This document shows, piece after piece, positions 1 through 9,279 of a stretch of DNA of 26,129 bases. The DNA comes from Nitrosopumilaceae archaeon (GTDB taxonomy: Archaea > Thermoproteota > Nitrososphaeria > Nitrososphaerales > Nitrosopumilaceae), in assembly GCA_036556885.1 (NCBI GenBank), contig DATBIP010000008.1, forward strand, positions 1 through 26,129. Reading direction: 5' to 3'. The translations under genes were made by a program, and so were the position numbers. The notes beneath the pieces were generated by a model. That model saw only the letters and a list, made by a program, of their open reading frames with translations, had not been told where the DNA came from and ran no database searches. Numbering within the stretch: the stretch's first letter is position 1; each line of letters starts with the position of its first letter.

Positions 1-83
1 GATATCCTTTGTGCCGCTTTGACTAATTTTATTATTTTTTCTCCAGAAATTTCCTCATAATTTTTACAATTTATTATGAACAT
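1..83 (-). CDS. tpiA: Triosephosphate isomerase, N-terminal fragment (runs off the left edge)
   Basis: Not in the ORF track. My translation from ATG at 83 is MFIINCKNYEEISGEKIIKLVKAAQRI..., matching the archaeal TIM N-terminus (N-x-K motif). A TATA-like TATAAA lies upstream on the minus strand. Confidence 0.8.
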   Translation of the reverse strand, partial: MFIINCKNYEEISGEKIIKLVKAAQRI

Positions 84-122
84 TGATGTTTTTTGTATTT
101 ATATCAAATAAAAAGAAAGTGG

Positions 123-281
123 TTAATCCCCGTAGTCTCCACTTTTCATGGCATATTGCTTTGGGGGTATACGTATTACGAATCCACAATGGGGGCATCT
201 ATGGGATGTCTCATATTTTCCTTCTACTGTGGTAATTGTAACGTATTTGGTACAGCTTGGACATTGTTTTTGAAATGCCAT
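123..281 (-). CDS. Small zinc-ribbon protein (52 aa)
   Basis: Not in the ORF track. Translation: MAFQKQCPSCTKYVTITTVEGKYETSHRCPHCGFVIRIPPKQYAMKSGDYGD*. It has two CxxC pairs, an ATG start and an AT-rich promoter-like upstream region. Confidence 0.75.
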   Translation of the reverse strand: MAFQKQCPSCTKYVTITTVEGKYETSHRCPHCGFVIRIPPKQYAMKSGDYGD

Positions 282-320
282 ATGGAAAAGATTACTACCA
301 ATTTATCTTAATATCGACTT

Positions 321-337
321 GTGTGTTCATAACAAAC
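321..337. promoter_or_regulatory. Palindromic motif site 1 (GTGTGTT-CAT-AACAAAC)
   Basis: 13/14 match to GTTTGTT-N3-AACAAAC, 39 nt upstream of the zinc-ribbon ATG at 281. Confidence 0.55.
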
Positions 338-343
338 ATTTTC

Positions 344-622
344 TCAATCTTTTTGATTTTCATACCGCATTTTCATGCAAAGTACGGTAGTAGTTAGTGC
401 AATAGCAGCCACATTGACTCCTATAATGTAAGGATCATCTTTTTCAATCCCATACAAAATCCACAAAAAAGCTCCAACTGCAACTAAAATCACAAGGTAT
501 TTTGATACATCCTTGAGCATTTTTGTTCTATATCCTTTGATAATTTGAGGAACCCATCCAGCCAAAATTATTATCCCTGCTACTGTAGCTAAAATTCCTA
601 AAGATGATTCATCAAAAAACAT
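344..622 (-). CDS. SemiSWEET / PQ-loop (MtN3-like) small transporter
   Basis: 92 aa with three hydrophobic helices, a WVPQ (PQ) motif followed by RTKMLKDVS, and LWILYG in the second helix. Confidence 0.8.
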   Translation of the reverse strand: MFFDESSLGILATVAGIIILAGWVPQIIKGYRTKMLKDVSKYLVILVAVGAFLWILYGIEKDDPYIIGVNVAAIALTTTVLCMKMRYENQKD

Positions 623-631
623 TTTTCATCG

Positions 632-3190
632 CTAGTTCCAGAAAAATTGATCTAATCCAGTTTGTTTTGGTTTGCCTAGTATTGTATTAAAATCAAGATC
701 CATTGAAGATGTGATTTGGTCTAGGGTGCTTTCCATAAATTCCATGTACTTTTTGGAATCTACCTCTTCAGGTCGTGCCATTTCAACTGGCTTGACACCA
801 GGCTTGTTTACAATTTTGACATAAGATATGATGTCACCTTTTTTTATCTCTCGAATTGATTCAAGCAATTTTGCTGCACGTATGTGCTGCGGAACTGTTT
901 TGACATATTCAGATGGAGCCTTACTAATCATTACGTTAAATGCAAGCTCCGATAACGGAATTTCTTTTTCTTCTACTTTTTTAGCATATTCTGTAATTTT
1001 ACTGCTGATTTGTTTTTTTGCACTTTCAAAATCCTCAACTGACTGGACCTTTGAAAGAATTCCAAGAAGTTCGTAAAACAATGTCCTGATAAAAGGAGGC
1101 GTGTGCGATTTTTTCCCTGTTAAACCTTTTACATCTACTTTTCCATCCTTTGTTACTCCAAGATAATTTTTCTTACGACTGCTTAATACTACATATCGAT
1201 ATTCCTTATCTACTTCTAACTCAACACTATGGACTTTTTTTGCCCAATCAATTACTTTTTGGATTTGTTCTTGTGTAGGATTTTTAATAAATAAAGAGTC
1301 AGTGTCGCCATACAGTACCTCTATCTCATACTCTTGACATTTTTTTATTGTCTCTAAAATTGTATACCTACCAATTGCGGTGGTGGCCTCAGCTGCAGGA
1401 AGAAAATACAGTGGAAATATCTCGGCTCCCATTACTCCATAACTTGCATTGAGTATTACTTTGAGTGCTTGGCTAACTACAGTATATTGTTGTCTCTGTT
1501 CATCTGATAATGCTTCATTTTTTGAAAGATGTTTGTAATAATTTACTCTAAGATCTCTAAGTGAGCCAATCAAAAGAGATGTCATGCCATTATGCTTTGT
1601 GCAAACCCAATGGTTTGTTTGTGGAACTTTATTTTTCTTGCATTCCTCATGTGGACATCTAACTGTTTCATATGATAGATTTTTTACTTTAATTATACTT
1701 GGATACAGACTGGCAAAATCCATTACAGTAACATTAAAGTGAATTCCTTCTGTAGGGTCAACAACTAGACCCCCTCTGAATTTTTTATCCTTGATAATTG
1801 CATCACTAGTAACTCCGACTGATTTTTTTTCAAGTTCGGTGCTTTTTGGAATTAACGCATTACGCTGACGGTGCTCATAGTAAAGTAGACTACGAATCCA
1901 TTGCGATACTCCCATACGTGCAATATCGTCAATTGGCATTCTTGCAATTCTAGAAATGACAATTAGCAGATTTAGTAGTAAATCATTGTTAAAGCTTGTA
2001 AGTTTGTATGTCAGACTGGCGTCATTAAAGCAGTAATTTGCTGTCTGGTAAAGATTCAGATCAGCAAGCTCAATCCCATAGTCTATTTTAGATTCATTTA
2101 AGAGTGCCTTTGATACGCTGTTTAGTGAAAAATCAGTATACTTGTGACTAAATGCATAGATCTGAAATGATCTGTTTGACAAGGTTCGATACAGATCAAT
2201 GTGTACTCCTTCCTTTAGTGTTGCCGAATCCTTCATCATGTATAATGGATTATCCTCTTGTTTGATTCCTAATCTCTGTGCACGATTATACAAATATGGC
2301 ATATCAAAATCATCTCCATTGAAGGTTATCACAAAAGGATACTCTGATATTTTTTTAAACGCATCAAGTATCATTTCTTTTTCCTTGTCTGCATCATAGA
2401 TTCGAATAGTAACATCAGAAGGAAGTTCGTTTTTACCTTCCTCCAAGCCTTCCTGTCTTAAAACAAATACTTGTTTGAAATTATCGCTTCCTTCAAATCC
2501 AACTGCAGTTACTTTTCTATCTGCAATCTTTGCATCTGGTATTCTGCCAACTTCTGCTTCTACTTCAATGTCCAAACTAACACGTTTAATTTTTGGGATT
2601 GGTTGATTCAGAAGATCAGCCCAGGCGGAAACATATTCTTGATATTCTTTAGCGTCTACCATTCCGTCGTCTGTTGCTTTGTCCCATAAGAGACTCTTGA
2701 GTGCCAGACGAACTTCATCAGAAATTTCTAAATTGTGTGGCTTTATCTGCCCATCTTCAATTTGGTAATATTTGCCAACGATTAGTGAATTATCATATAG
2801 ATAGTTCTCGTAATATTTTATATCAGATTCCCATGTATCAATTAGATTACGAATGCTTTTGTCAGTTCCACCTATTGCAAGAGGATTTGAAACAATTATT
2901 TTAGATACTTTAATTTCAGTATCATTTAGCATGTCATGTTTTTCCACAGTGTCAATTTTTATCACATCATCTCTATCTGAAAGAAAATCTAATTCGTCAG
3001 GGTTAAGCTTTGAATAACAATAAGGCTTGTGACCTGATTGATCATCCCAAAGAACTATTTTTTGTGATTTAGGCTCATAAAATTTTAAGACTGCGGCATT
3101 TTTCTGATTGTTATACGTTGCAGATACTAATAATGAGATAGGGATTGACTTGCCTTGCAACACACTTGATTCATTATTTGTGGCAGTCAT
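632..3190 (-). CDS. polB: Family B DNA polymerase (PolB1-type) with intact 3'-5' exonuclease; no intein
   Basis: Exonuclease motifs DIE, FNGDDFD and YCFND; polymerase motifs DFASLYPS, KVILNASYG and YGDTDS. Confidence 0.98.
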   Translation of the reverse strand: MTATNNESSVLQGKSIPISLLVSATYNNQKNAAVLKFYEPKSQKIVLWDDQSGHKPYCYSKLNPDELDFLSDRDDVIKIDTVEKHDMLNDTEIKVSKIIVSNPLAIGGTDKSIRNLIDTWESDIKYYENYLYDNSLIVGKYYQIEDGQIKPHNLEISDEVRLALKSLLWDKATDDGMVDAKEYQEYVSAWADLLNQPIPKIKRVSLDIEVEAEVGRIPDAKIADRKVTAVGFEGSDNFKQVFVLRQEGLEEGKNELPSDVTIRIYDADKEKEMILDAFKKISEYPFVITFNGDDFDMPYLYNRAQRLGIKQEDNPLYMMKDSATLKEGVHIDLYRTLSNRSFQIYAFSHKYTDFSLNSVSKALLNESKIDYGIELADLNLYQTANYCFNDASLTYKLTSFNNDLLLNLLIVISRIARMPIDDIARMGVSQWIRSLLYYEHRQRNALIPKSTELEKKSVGVTSDAIIKDKKFRGGLVVDPTEGIHFNVTVMDFASLYPSIIKVKNLSYETVRCPHEECKKNKVPQTNHWVCTKHNGMTSLLIGSLRDLRVNYYKHLSKNEALSDEQRQQYTVVSQALKVILNASYGVMGAEIFPLYFLPAAEATTAIGRYTILETIKKCQEYEIEVLYGDTDSLFIKNPTQEQIQKVIDWAKKVHSVELEVDKEYRYVVLSSRKKNYLGVTKDGKVDVKGLTGKKSHTPPFIRTLFYELLGILSKVQSVEDFESAKKQISSKITEYAKKVEEKEIPLSELAFNVMISKAPSEYVKTVPQHIRAAKLLESIREIKKGDIISYVKIVNKPGVKPVEMARPEEVDSKKYMEFMESTLDQITSSMDLDFNTILGKPKQTGLDQFFWN

Positions 3191-3193
3191 GAA

Positions 3194-3730
3194 TTATCTT
3201 GGAATTATTTTTGCATTATAATCTTCGATTAGCTTTTTTGCCCAATACTCGATTTTTGCTTTTTGAAGAGTTATGACCTGCACTCCTGCTTCTTTTATTA
3301 ACTCATAATCGGTCTCAGGATATGTATCTAGGCATACAATTTTTTTGATGCCTATAGTAATTGCCATTTTTGTGCATTCTAAACAAGGTACAAAGGTTGT
3401 ATACAAAATGGCTCCATCGGTTCCAGTCTCTATTCCTAAAATCGCACAATGCATTATCGCGTTGGCTTCAGCATGATTGCAAAGACATCTATCTAAAGAT
3501 GCTCCAGATTCTATTTTTCCTTCCATTCTTAATTGACATCGCTTACATCCTCCATCAAAGCAGTTTTTCACGCCGGGAGGAGTTCCATTATAACCAGTAG
3601 CGATTTGCCTGTGATTTCGAACTATTACCGCACCAACATGGCGAGTCATACAGTTTGAGCGCAATTTAGCAAGCTCTGCTTGCAACATAAAATATTCATC
3701 CCAACTCGGTCTCTCAAAAGTATTAGGCAC
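3194..3730 (-). CDS. dCMP deaminase (cytidine/deoxycytidylate deaminase family)
   Basis: HAE...PCLEC zinc motif, RHVGAVIV and ATGYNG; GTG start; 3-nt gap to polB. Confidence 0.92.
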   Translation of the reverse strand: MPNTFERPSWDEYFMLQAELAKLRSNCMTRHVGAVIVRNHRQIATGYNGTPPGVKNCFDGGCKRCQLRMEGKIESGASLDRCLCNHAEANAIMHCAILGIETGTDGAILYTTFVPCLECTKMAITIGIKKIVCLDTYPETDYELIKEAGVQVITLQKAKIEYWAKKLIEDYNAKIIPR

Positions 3731-3831
3731 ATCAAAAAATGCTCATAGCCACAATATATGGATATTTGAGTAATAGCTACTATTTGCTAACTAGAAAACA
3801 TAAAATCATAATATTAGCCACTAATTATTAG

Positions 3832-5337
3832 ATGTCAACAAAATTCCTTGAACACAGGTTCTTACAAAAAAATACTATAGAATATCGTGATTATCAGGTA
3901 AATTTGGCCAATCAAGCAAAATCAGAAAACTGTCTTGTAGTCTTACCTACAGGTCTTGGTAAAACTACCGTAGCTCTACAAGTAATTGCTGACTATCTCT
4001 CAAGAGGTGCTGGTGGGGTGCTCTTTCTTGCACCAACACGAGTGCTTGCAAATCAACACTATGAATTTTTAAAAAATAATCTTACTATCGAAGATGTTGC
4101 ATTAATTACAGGAGAAGATCTCATAAACAAAAGAAAAAAACTATGGATGAACAGTGTAATTTGTGCTACTCCTGAAATTACAAAAAATGATTTAGACAGA
4201 CAAATTGTCTCACCCGCACAATTTGATTTGGTAATCTTTGATGAGGCTCATAGAACAATTGGAGACTATGCATACTCTGGAATTGCAGAACGATTTGCAG
4301 GTACCAATGCCAGAATTATGGGAATGACTGCAACTCTCCCAAGTGAAAAAGAAAAGGCTACTGAAATGATCACTACACTTAGAATTTCTACTGTAGCAGA
4401 ACGAACAGAGGATAGTCCAGATGTAAAACCATACATCCAAGAGACAAAAACACAGTGGATTAATGTGGAACTACCGCCAGAGATGAAGCACATTCAAAAT
4501 CTCATCAAAAAGGCACTTGAGGAACGATATCGAGAACTAAAAAGAAACGGTGTAAATGTTACAGATAGCAGATCATTATCACAATTACTAAGGTTACGTG
4601 AATATGTCTTGCGACAAAATAGACGTTCTGCAAAACCTCTTTTTACTGCAATTAGAATTCATTATGCACTAAGCATATTTGAATCCCATGGGATTACCCC
4701 ATTTTTGCGATTTTGTGATAGAACAAGCAAGAAAAAGGGAGTAGGTATACGAGATCTTTTTGAAAATGATCAATTCTTTACGCAGGCAATATTATTTGCA
4801 AAGGCTGCACAAGAGAAAGGGATCGAACACAGTAAGATTCCAAAATTAAAAGAGATTTTAGAATCAGTGGACGGAAAGGCTTTGGTTTTTACAAGTTATC
4901 GAGATTCAGTTGAAGTCATTTATCAAAAATTAACCGACATGGGAATCAAGGCTGGATTTTTAATTGGGAAGGCTGGGGAGACTGGTCTTAAACAAAAAAA
5001 GCAAATCGAAACTGTACAAAACTTTCGTGATGGGATTTACAAGGTTTTAATTGCAACAAGAGTTGGCGAGGAGGGTCTTGACATCTCAGAAGTAAACTAT
5101 GTTATTTTTTATGACAATGTTCCAAGCTCAATTAGGTATGTTCAAAGAAGAGGCCGTACAGGAAGAAAAGATTCTGGTAAACTAATCGTACTTATTGCAA
5201 AAGATACTATTGATGAGACATATTATTGGATTGGAAAAAGAAAAATGACCTCTGCTAAAAACATGGGAGATAAAATGACCAAAGTATTACAACAAAACGT
5301 CGAAAAGCCAAAGGCTGCACTTGATGCCTATTTCTAG
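3832..5337 (+). CDS. Hef/FANCM/Mph1-like SF2 helicase (helicase part only, no ERCC4 nuclease domain)
   Basis: [24 protein letters not shown] and QRRGRTGR motifs; the protein ends shortly after motif VI. Confidence 0.93.
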   Translation: MSTKFLEHRFLQKNTIEYRDYQVNLANQAKSENCLVVLPTGLGKTTVALQVIADYLSRGAGGVLFLAPTRVLANQHYEFLKNNLTIEDVALITGEDLINKRKKLWMNSVICATPEITKNDLDRQIVSPAQFDLVIFDEAHRTIGDYAYSGIAERFAGTNARIMGMTATLPSEKEKATEMITTLRISTVAERTEDSPDVKPYIQETKTQWINVELPPEMKHIQNLIKKALEERYRELKRNGVNVTDSRSLSQLLRLREYVLRQNRRSAKPLFTAIRIHYALSIFESHGITPFLRFCDRTSKKKGVGIRDLFENDQFFTQAILFAKAAQEKGIEHSKIPKLKEILESVDGKALVFTSYRDSVEVIYQKLTDMGIKAGFLIGKAGETGLKQKKQIETVQNFRDGIYKVLIATRVGEEGLDISEVNYVIFYDNVPSSIRYVQRRGRTGRKDSGKLIVLIAKDTIDETYYWIGKRKMTSAKNMGDKMTKVLQQNVEKPKAALDAYF

Positions 5338-5612
5338 CCCAGTCTTTTGATGATGTGATACCCAAATTCTGACTTTACTGGCTCTGATGTTTCTCCAACT
5401 TGTAGCTTAAATGCTGCTTCCTCAAATGGCTTGACCATCATTCCTCTGCCAAAATATCCAAGACTTCCATCCCTTTTTGCACTGCCAGAATCAATTGACA
5501 GCTCTTTTGCAAGCTTGCCAAACTTTTCACCTTTCTTTAATCTCTCCATGATTGCTAGTGCCTCGCTTTGTTTTTTTACCAAAATGTGAGAGCATTTAAT
5601 TTTGTCTGCCAT
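5334..5612 (-). CDS. Parvulin-type peptidyl-prolyl isomerase (thaumarchaeal PinA-like)
   Basis: [31 protein letters not shown] and FGYHII rotamase motifs. Confidence 0.96.
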   Translation of the reverse strand: MADKIKCSHILVKKQSEALAIMERLKKGEKFGKLAKELSIDSGSAKRDGSLGYFGRGMMVKPFEEAAFKLQVGETSEPVKSEFGYHIIKRLG

Positions 5613-5642
5613 ATCATTTCCAAATAATTTTCCATTAAAAAA

Positions 5643-6041
5643 TTATTCCAAACCCCAACTAGATTTTGTGATTGGTGTAACTTTGATGAATGGTGCCTCG
5701 TTTTCCTTCCATGGTTGGGAACGCACCCATTCAAATTTTTCATGGAATTTTTTATATATTCTTAAAAACTCTTTTCCGTTTTCAATAATTTCGACAGTTC
5801 CTTGTATGCAGACGGCTTGATGCGATTTATCTTTATAAACATCAATTGAAAGTGCTACGCGAGGATTTTTTTGGAGATTTTTGTACATTCTAGTTTCATA
5901 ATCGGTTGCTATGATAAACAGGCCTTCTTCATATAGGTACGACACAGGCTTTACATGCGGCATATCGTCATGCGATGTGGCTATCCTACACGCCTCCATT
6001 TTATTTAAAAACTCTATCTCCTTTGTGGAAAATGAAATCAT
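5643..6041 (-). CDS. Pyridoxamine 5'-phosphate oxidase-like (flavin/F420-binding split-barrel) protein
   Basis: CRIAT...PHVKPV...NLQKNPRVAL pattern. Confidence 0.85.
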   Translation of the reverse strand: MISFSTKEIEFLNKMEACRIATSHDDMPHVKPVSYLYEEGLFIIATDYETRMYKNLQKNPRVALSIDVYKDKSHQAVCIQGTVEIIENGKEFLRIYKKFHEKFEWVRSQPWKENEAPFIKVTPITKSSWGLE

Positions 6042-6157
6042 ATGGTATTTTTGAGCCTTCGAGTTATTAATAATATGATTTTGCTCTTTGTTTAGTCCTA
6101 GTTTGTCTGTTTTTTTTCGGACATATTCAGAGATATCAAGAAACTCTTCCTAGTTAT

Positions 6158-6231
6158 GATGAGCAAATGAATATCCGAGGGGCAATGCTCTCATCCCAGT
6201 TTCATTGTCCTATCCCCTCGGATTATTTTTT
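6158..6231. ncRNA. Candidate structured RNA (GC-rich hairpin, possible pseudoknot); strand unknown
   Basis: Perfect 10-bp inverted repeat ATCCGAGGGG (6173-6182)/CCCCTCGGAT (6214-6223), inner stem CAATG/CATTG, and loop CTCATC (6190-6195) complementary to flanking GATGAG (6158-6163). A T-tract follows on the + strand. Confidence 0.4.
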
Positions 6232-6238
6232 CAATAAT

Positions 6239-6523
6239 TTAATCAAAAATTCGTTCTCTTATCTGAGGTACGTTTTTGTAAACAATGTCTCTGATTTTTA
6301 GCTGATCCTCTTGTGTAGGCATGGCTTTTTTTATCTGAACTAATCCCGTGATACCAGTTGTCAGGGCAGAGCCAATAATTAATCCATATACGAATTCCTT
6401 GGGATTTTCTACTTGAAGGACATCCTTGTTTTGTTCGATTTCTTGTAAATGTGCTTGGATTGTTGCAAGAGCTCCGTCCAAAGTCTGAGTGATTAGTTGT
6501 TCTATCTGCTCATCATCATTCAT
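6239..6523 (-). CDS. Hypothetical protein (94 aa)
   Basis: ATG start, typical composition, fills the gap; no family recognised. Confidence 0.75.
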   Translation of the reverse strand: MNDDEQIEQLITQTLDGALATIQAHLQEIEQNKDVLQVENPKEFVYGLIIGSALTTGITGLVQIKKAMPTQEDQLKIRDIVYKNVPQIRERIFD

Positions 6524-6621
6524 GAATAAAATAAGAGTAAATTTGGTAATAAATCTGCAGCTTTCATTTATAGTTGGATGAATTGAAATAGATTTTTAAT
6601 AACCCAACTTTTAGCAAATTC

Positions 6622-7023
6622 ATGTTTTTGTATTTCACTATAGCAAGCGCCAATGAAAAACTACCCCTCATTGAAGAAAAATTCAAACATGTTGTTAAGC
6701 TAAAAAATGAGATAATAAAAATCGAGCAAGAGCTTTCCAGTACCTTGACTCCAACTAGTAAATTTGAACAATATGTAACTATCAAACAAAAGCTAAATTC
6801 TGTTGTAACAAAATTTTATCAAGCTATTGAGGATCTTGAGAGTACCGGAGTAGTAATCAAAGGAATAGAAGAGGGACTACTAGACTTTCCATCAAAGAGA
6901 TTTGATGAAGAAGTTTGGCTTTGTTGGAAAGAAGGTGAGAAGGAAATTAAATTCTGGCATGAAAAAGATGTAGGATTTAGCGGAAGAAAGCCGATTAGTG
7001 TAAGTGACGATTCTCTAGTATAA
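6622..7023 (+). CDS. DUF2203-like protein
   Basis: N-terminal FTxxxANxxLP and C-terminal GLLDFP...VWLCWKEGExEIKFWH...GRKP pattern. Confidence 0.8.
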   Translation: MFLYFTIASANEKLPLIEEKFKHVVKLKNEIIKIEQELSSTLTPTSKFEQYVTIKQKLNSVVTKFYQAIEDLESTGVVIKGIEEGLLDFPSKRFDEEVWLCWKEGEKEIKFWHEKDVGFSGRKPISVSDDSLV

Positions 7024-7025
7024 TG

Positions 7026-7808
7026 TTATTTTAGCTTACTCATCAATTCAGTATACTTTCTTTGTAATTCATTGAATTCTTCTTTAACTGATTTGAGCTC
7101 ATTTACTGTTGCTTTATTTTTTTCATTTAATAGCTCAACTAAGGTGTTGACAGTACGAAATATCTTTTTGGATTCACTTACGTCCCCAACAACTTGTAAT
7201 TCTTTTTTAATTATATCAATAGCTTCCTGTTCAGTTTTTATTTTATTTTGTAATGCTTCTTTCTTTTCAAGACGTTGCAATTCAAGCTTGATGTCATCAA
7301 TTTGATCTACCTTGAAGCTTAGCTCTGATTGAGCTTGTTCAATTTGATTTTTAAAGTAAGTTATTTTGTTTTTAATTTCTTCACGTTCTGTCTGCAGTTT
7401 GGTTATTTCGTGTTTTAATTTAGCAACTTTTACTTCCTTATAATCAAATTTATTCAAATCAAACTTTAGTTCAGGCTTTTTAGGATTTAGAATCGATATT
7501 TCCTTATCGAATCTCTCATTGTTCTTTTTAAAATTATCAAAGCGAGTCTTTTTTTCTTCAACAAGTTTTTTTGCTAAATCAAAATATTGAGCTGTATTAG
7601 TAAATTCATCTTTAAGTTTTGGAGAATCTCTTTCAAACTCTTCATAGTTGGATTTTTTTATTTTTTCTATTCTTACGGATCTGTCTGGAACCTCTTCAAC
7701 AATTTGATCTGGGATTCTTTGACCTAAAGTTGGAATTTCTACCCATTCATCTTCTTGAGGGTTGCCAGTTTCAGCTTTTTTAATTCGCTTTAGGTGTTTT
7801 TCCAGCAT
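7026..7808 (-). CDS. Long coiled-coil protein of unknown function
   Basis: K/E/L heptad-rich C-terminal two thirds. I prefer ATG 7808 (MLEKHLKR) to the ORF-track start at 7865, whose extension looks promoter-like. Confidence 0.75.
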   Translation of the reverse strand: MLEKHLKRIKKAETGNPQEDEWVEIPTLGQRIPDQIVEEVPDRSVRIEKIKKSNYEEFERDSPKLKDEFTNTAQYFDLAKKLVEEKKTRFDNFKKNNERFDKEISILNPKKPELKFDLNKFDYKEVKVAKLKHEITKLQTEREEIKNKITYFKNQIEQAQSELSFKVDQIDDIKLELQRLEKKEALQNKIKTEQEAIDIIKKELQVVGDVSESKKIFRTVNTLVELLNEKNKATVNELKSVKEEFNELQRKYTELMSKLK

Positions 7809-7846
7809 GTAATTTTGAACAAAACATGAGATATGACTGGTATGTA

Positions 7847-7863
7847 GTTTCAAGCGAACAAAC
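7847..7863. promoter_or_regulatory. Palindromic motif site 2 (GTTTCAA-GCG-AACAAAC)
   Basis: 11/14 match, in the divergent region 38 nt upstream of the coiled-coil ATG (7808) and 51 nt upstream of the prenyltransferase. Confidence 0.5.
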
Positions 7864-7914
7864 ACACTTCAAAAACTACAAAAACTGTTTAGAGGGCAAA
7901 AAAATAATCTTGGT

Positions 7915-8799
7915 ATGCTAAGGATATGGCTTCGAGTAATTCGAATTAGGTTTTTGCTTTCCTCTGTAATTGCCGTCTCTGCAGGTCTAGCAATTAGTTG
8001 GTGGCATATTCAACAGATTGATCTTCTTTATGCAATTATGACAATGAGCGGAGTTGTTGCACTGCATGCAAGTGTGGATCTACTTAATGATTATTGGGAT
8101 TTTAAACGTGGTATAGATATCCAAACCAAACGAACCAAGATGAGCGGTGGTACAGGCGTTCTTCCAGAAGGATTACTGCGACCTAATCAAGTATATCGTG
8201 CAGGCGTTTTCTTTTTAATAATCGGTGCTGCGATTGGTAGCTATTTTGTAATTATTGATGGGATAATAATTGGAGCAATCCTGGTATTTGCTGTCATATC
8301 AATTTACTTTTATTCTACAAAAATTGTTGACTCTGGACTAGCAGAAGTATTTGTTACAATTAAAGGTACAATGATTGTTCTTGGATCATACTATATTCAA
8401 ACCATGGAACTTAATCTTGCAATACTATTTGCAGGAGTTTTCATTGGTGTTCTGTCATCTCTTGTTCTGTTTATTACCTCATTTCCAGATTTTGATGCAG
8501 ATAAAGCAAAAGGTAGAAAAACACTAGTAATTGTTACAGGAAAACAAAAGGCTACTTTAGTTTTTTGGATTTTTCCAATAATTGCTTATTTAATACTAAT
8601 TTCTGGAGTTGTGTTAGAAATTTTCCCAGCGTATTCACTAATCTCTTTGGTAATGTTGCCATTAATAATTAAAGTAGGACTACGACTTCAAAAAAATTTT
8701 AATGATATTGAAGAAATTGTATCCCTGATGAGTAAAACGATTATCTTTAGCAGAATCACAGGTATTCTATTTGTCCTAAGTTTTCTTGTACCCTTGTAA
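7915..8799 (+). CDS. menA: UbiA-family prenyltransferase, MenA-like
   Basis: LNDYWDFKRGID and DFDADKAKGRKTL Asp-rich motifs; multiple TM helices. Confidence 0.8.
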   Translation: MLRIWLRVIRIRFLLSSVIAVSAGLAISWWHIQQIDLLYAIMTMSGVVALHASVDLLNDYWDFKRGIDIQTKRTKMSGGTGVLPEGLLRPNQVYRAGVFFLIIGAAIGSYFVIIDGIIIGAILVFAVISIYFYSTKIVDSGLAEVFVTIKGTMIVLGSYYIQTMELNLAILFAGVFIGVLSSLVLFITSFPDFDADKAKGRKTLVIVTGKQKATLVFWIFPIIAYLILISGVVLEIFPAYSLISLVMLPLIIKVGLRLQKNFNDIEEIVSLMSKTIIFSRITGILFVLSFLVPL

Positions 8800-8802
8800 A
8801 CT

Positions 8803-8819
8803 GTTCATAAAATACATAC
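8803..8819. promoter_or_regulatory. Weak palindromic motif site 3 (GTTCATA-AAA-TACATAC)
   Basis: Only 9/14 match, but 34 nt upstream of the receiver ATG at 8854 and just before a TATTATA box. Confidence 0.25.
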
Positions 8820-8853
8820 AACCTAATATTATAATTTTTTTCCAATACCGTTT

Positions 8854-9252
8854 ATGATCAAAGTCATTGTAGTTGATGATGAAAATGATGTTGCTGAAGT
8901 TTTGTGTGAGTTTTTAAAAATTAAAGAAATCAAAGTCATTGGAAGAGGTAAAAATGGGAACGATGCTTTTGAATTATATAAAAAACATCATCCAGACATT
9001 GTTTTAATGGATTTAGTTATGCCAAATTATGATGGATTTTATGGAATAGAAAAAATTCGCAAGTATGATCCAAAATCAAAAATAATGATCATTTCAGCTT
9101 CTTTAACTCATTTATATGTAAAAAAACTGATAAAATTAAACGTAAATGCAATTTTACTCAAACCCTATGACCTCAATAATATTATAGAAAAAATCAACCA
9201 AGTTCATCAGGGAATAGAAATACAAAGAGTGCCTGTTGCTTTCCAAAAATAA
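8854..9252 (+). CDS. Stand-alone response regulator receiver (CheY-like) #1
   Basis: VVDDE acidic pocket, MDLVMP phospho-Asp, ISAS and LKP; no output domain. Confidence 0.93.
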   Translation: MIKVIVVDDENDVAEVLCEFLKIKEIKVIGRGKNGNDAFELYKKHHPDIVLMDLVMPNYDGFYGIEKIRKYDPKSKIMIISASLTHLYVKKLIKLNVNAILLKPYDLNNIIEKINQVHQGIEIQRVPVAFQK

Positions 9253-9279
9253 TTAAACAGTCAAATTCTCAGATATAAT

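Noticed and set aside
93-311. 72-aa + strand ORF in the track
   Set aside because: TTG start and no motif; it is the antisense shadow of the zinc-ribbon gene at 123..281.
828-2904. Four + strand ORFs inside polB
   Set aside because: Antisense shadows of a highly conserved gene. The same applies to the other nested ORFs in Hef, AKR, thrS, pyrG and trpA.
6042-6149. Open frame continuing upstream of the PPOX-like gene
   Set aside because: No start codon, and it crosses the gene's own TATA-like TTATTAATAA.
6191-6205. ATG AAA CTG GGA TGA inside the hairpin (minus strand), a possible Sec recoding or uORF
   Set aside because: Read-through gives no recognisable protein, the hairpin lacks archaeal SECIS features, and this phylum is not known to use selenocysteine.
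6156-6231. C/D box sRNA interpretation (ATGATGA followed by CCGA 12 nt later)
   Set aside because: There is no terminal CTGA D box or credible C' box, and the long stem does not fit C/D architecture.
6564-6785. 73-aa minus-strand ORF
   Set aside because: Overlaps the DUF2203-like gene on the opposite strand.
7809-7865. N-terminal extension of the coiled-coil ORF
   Set aside because: Atypical composition; it covers the promoter and motif region.
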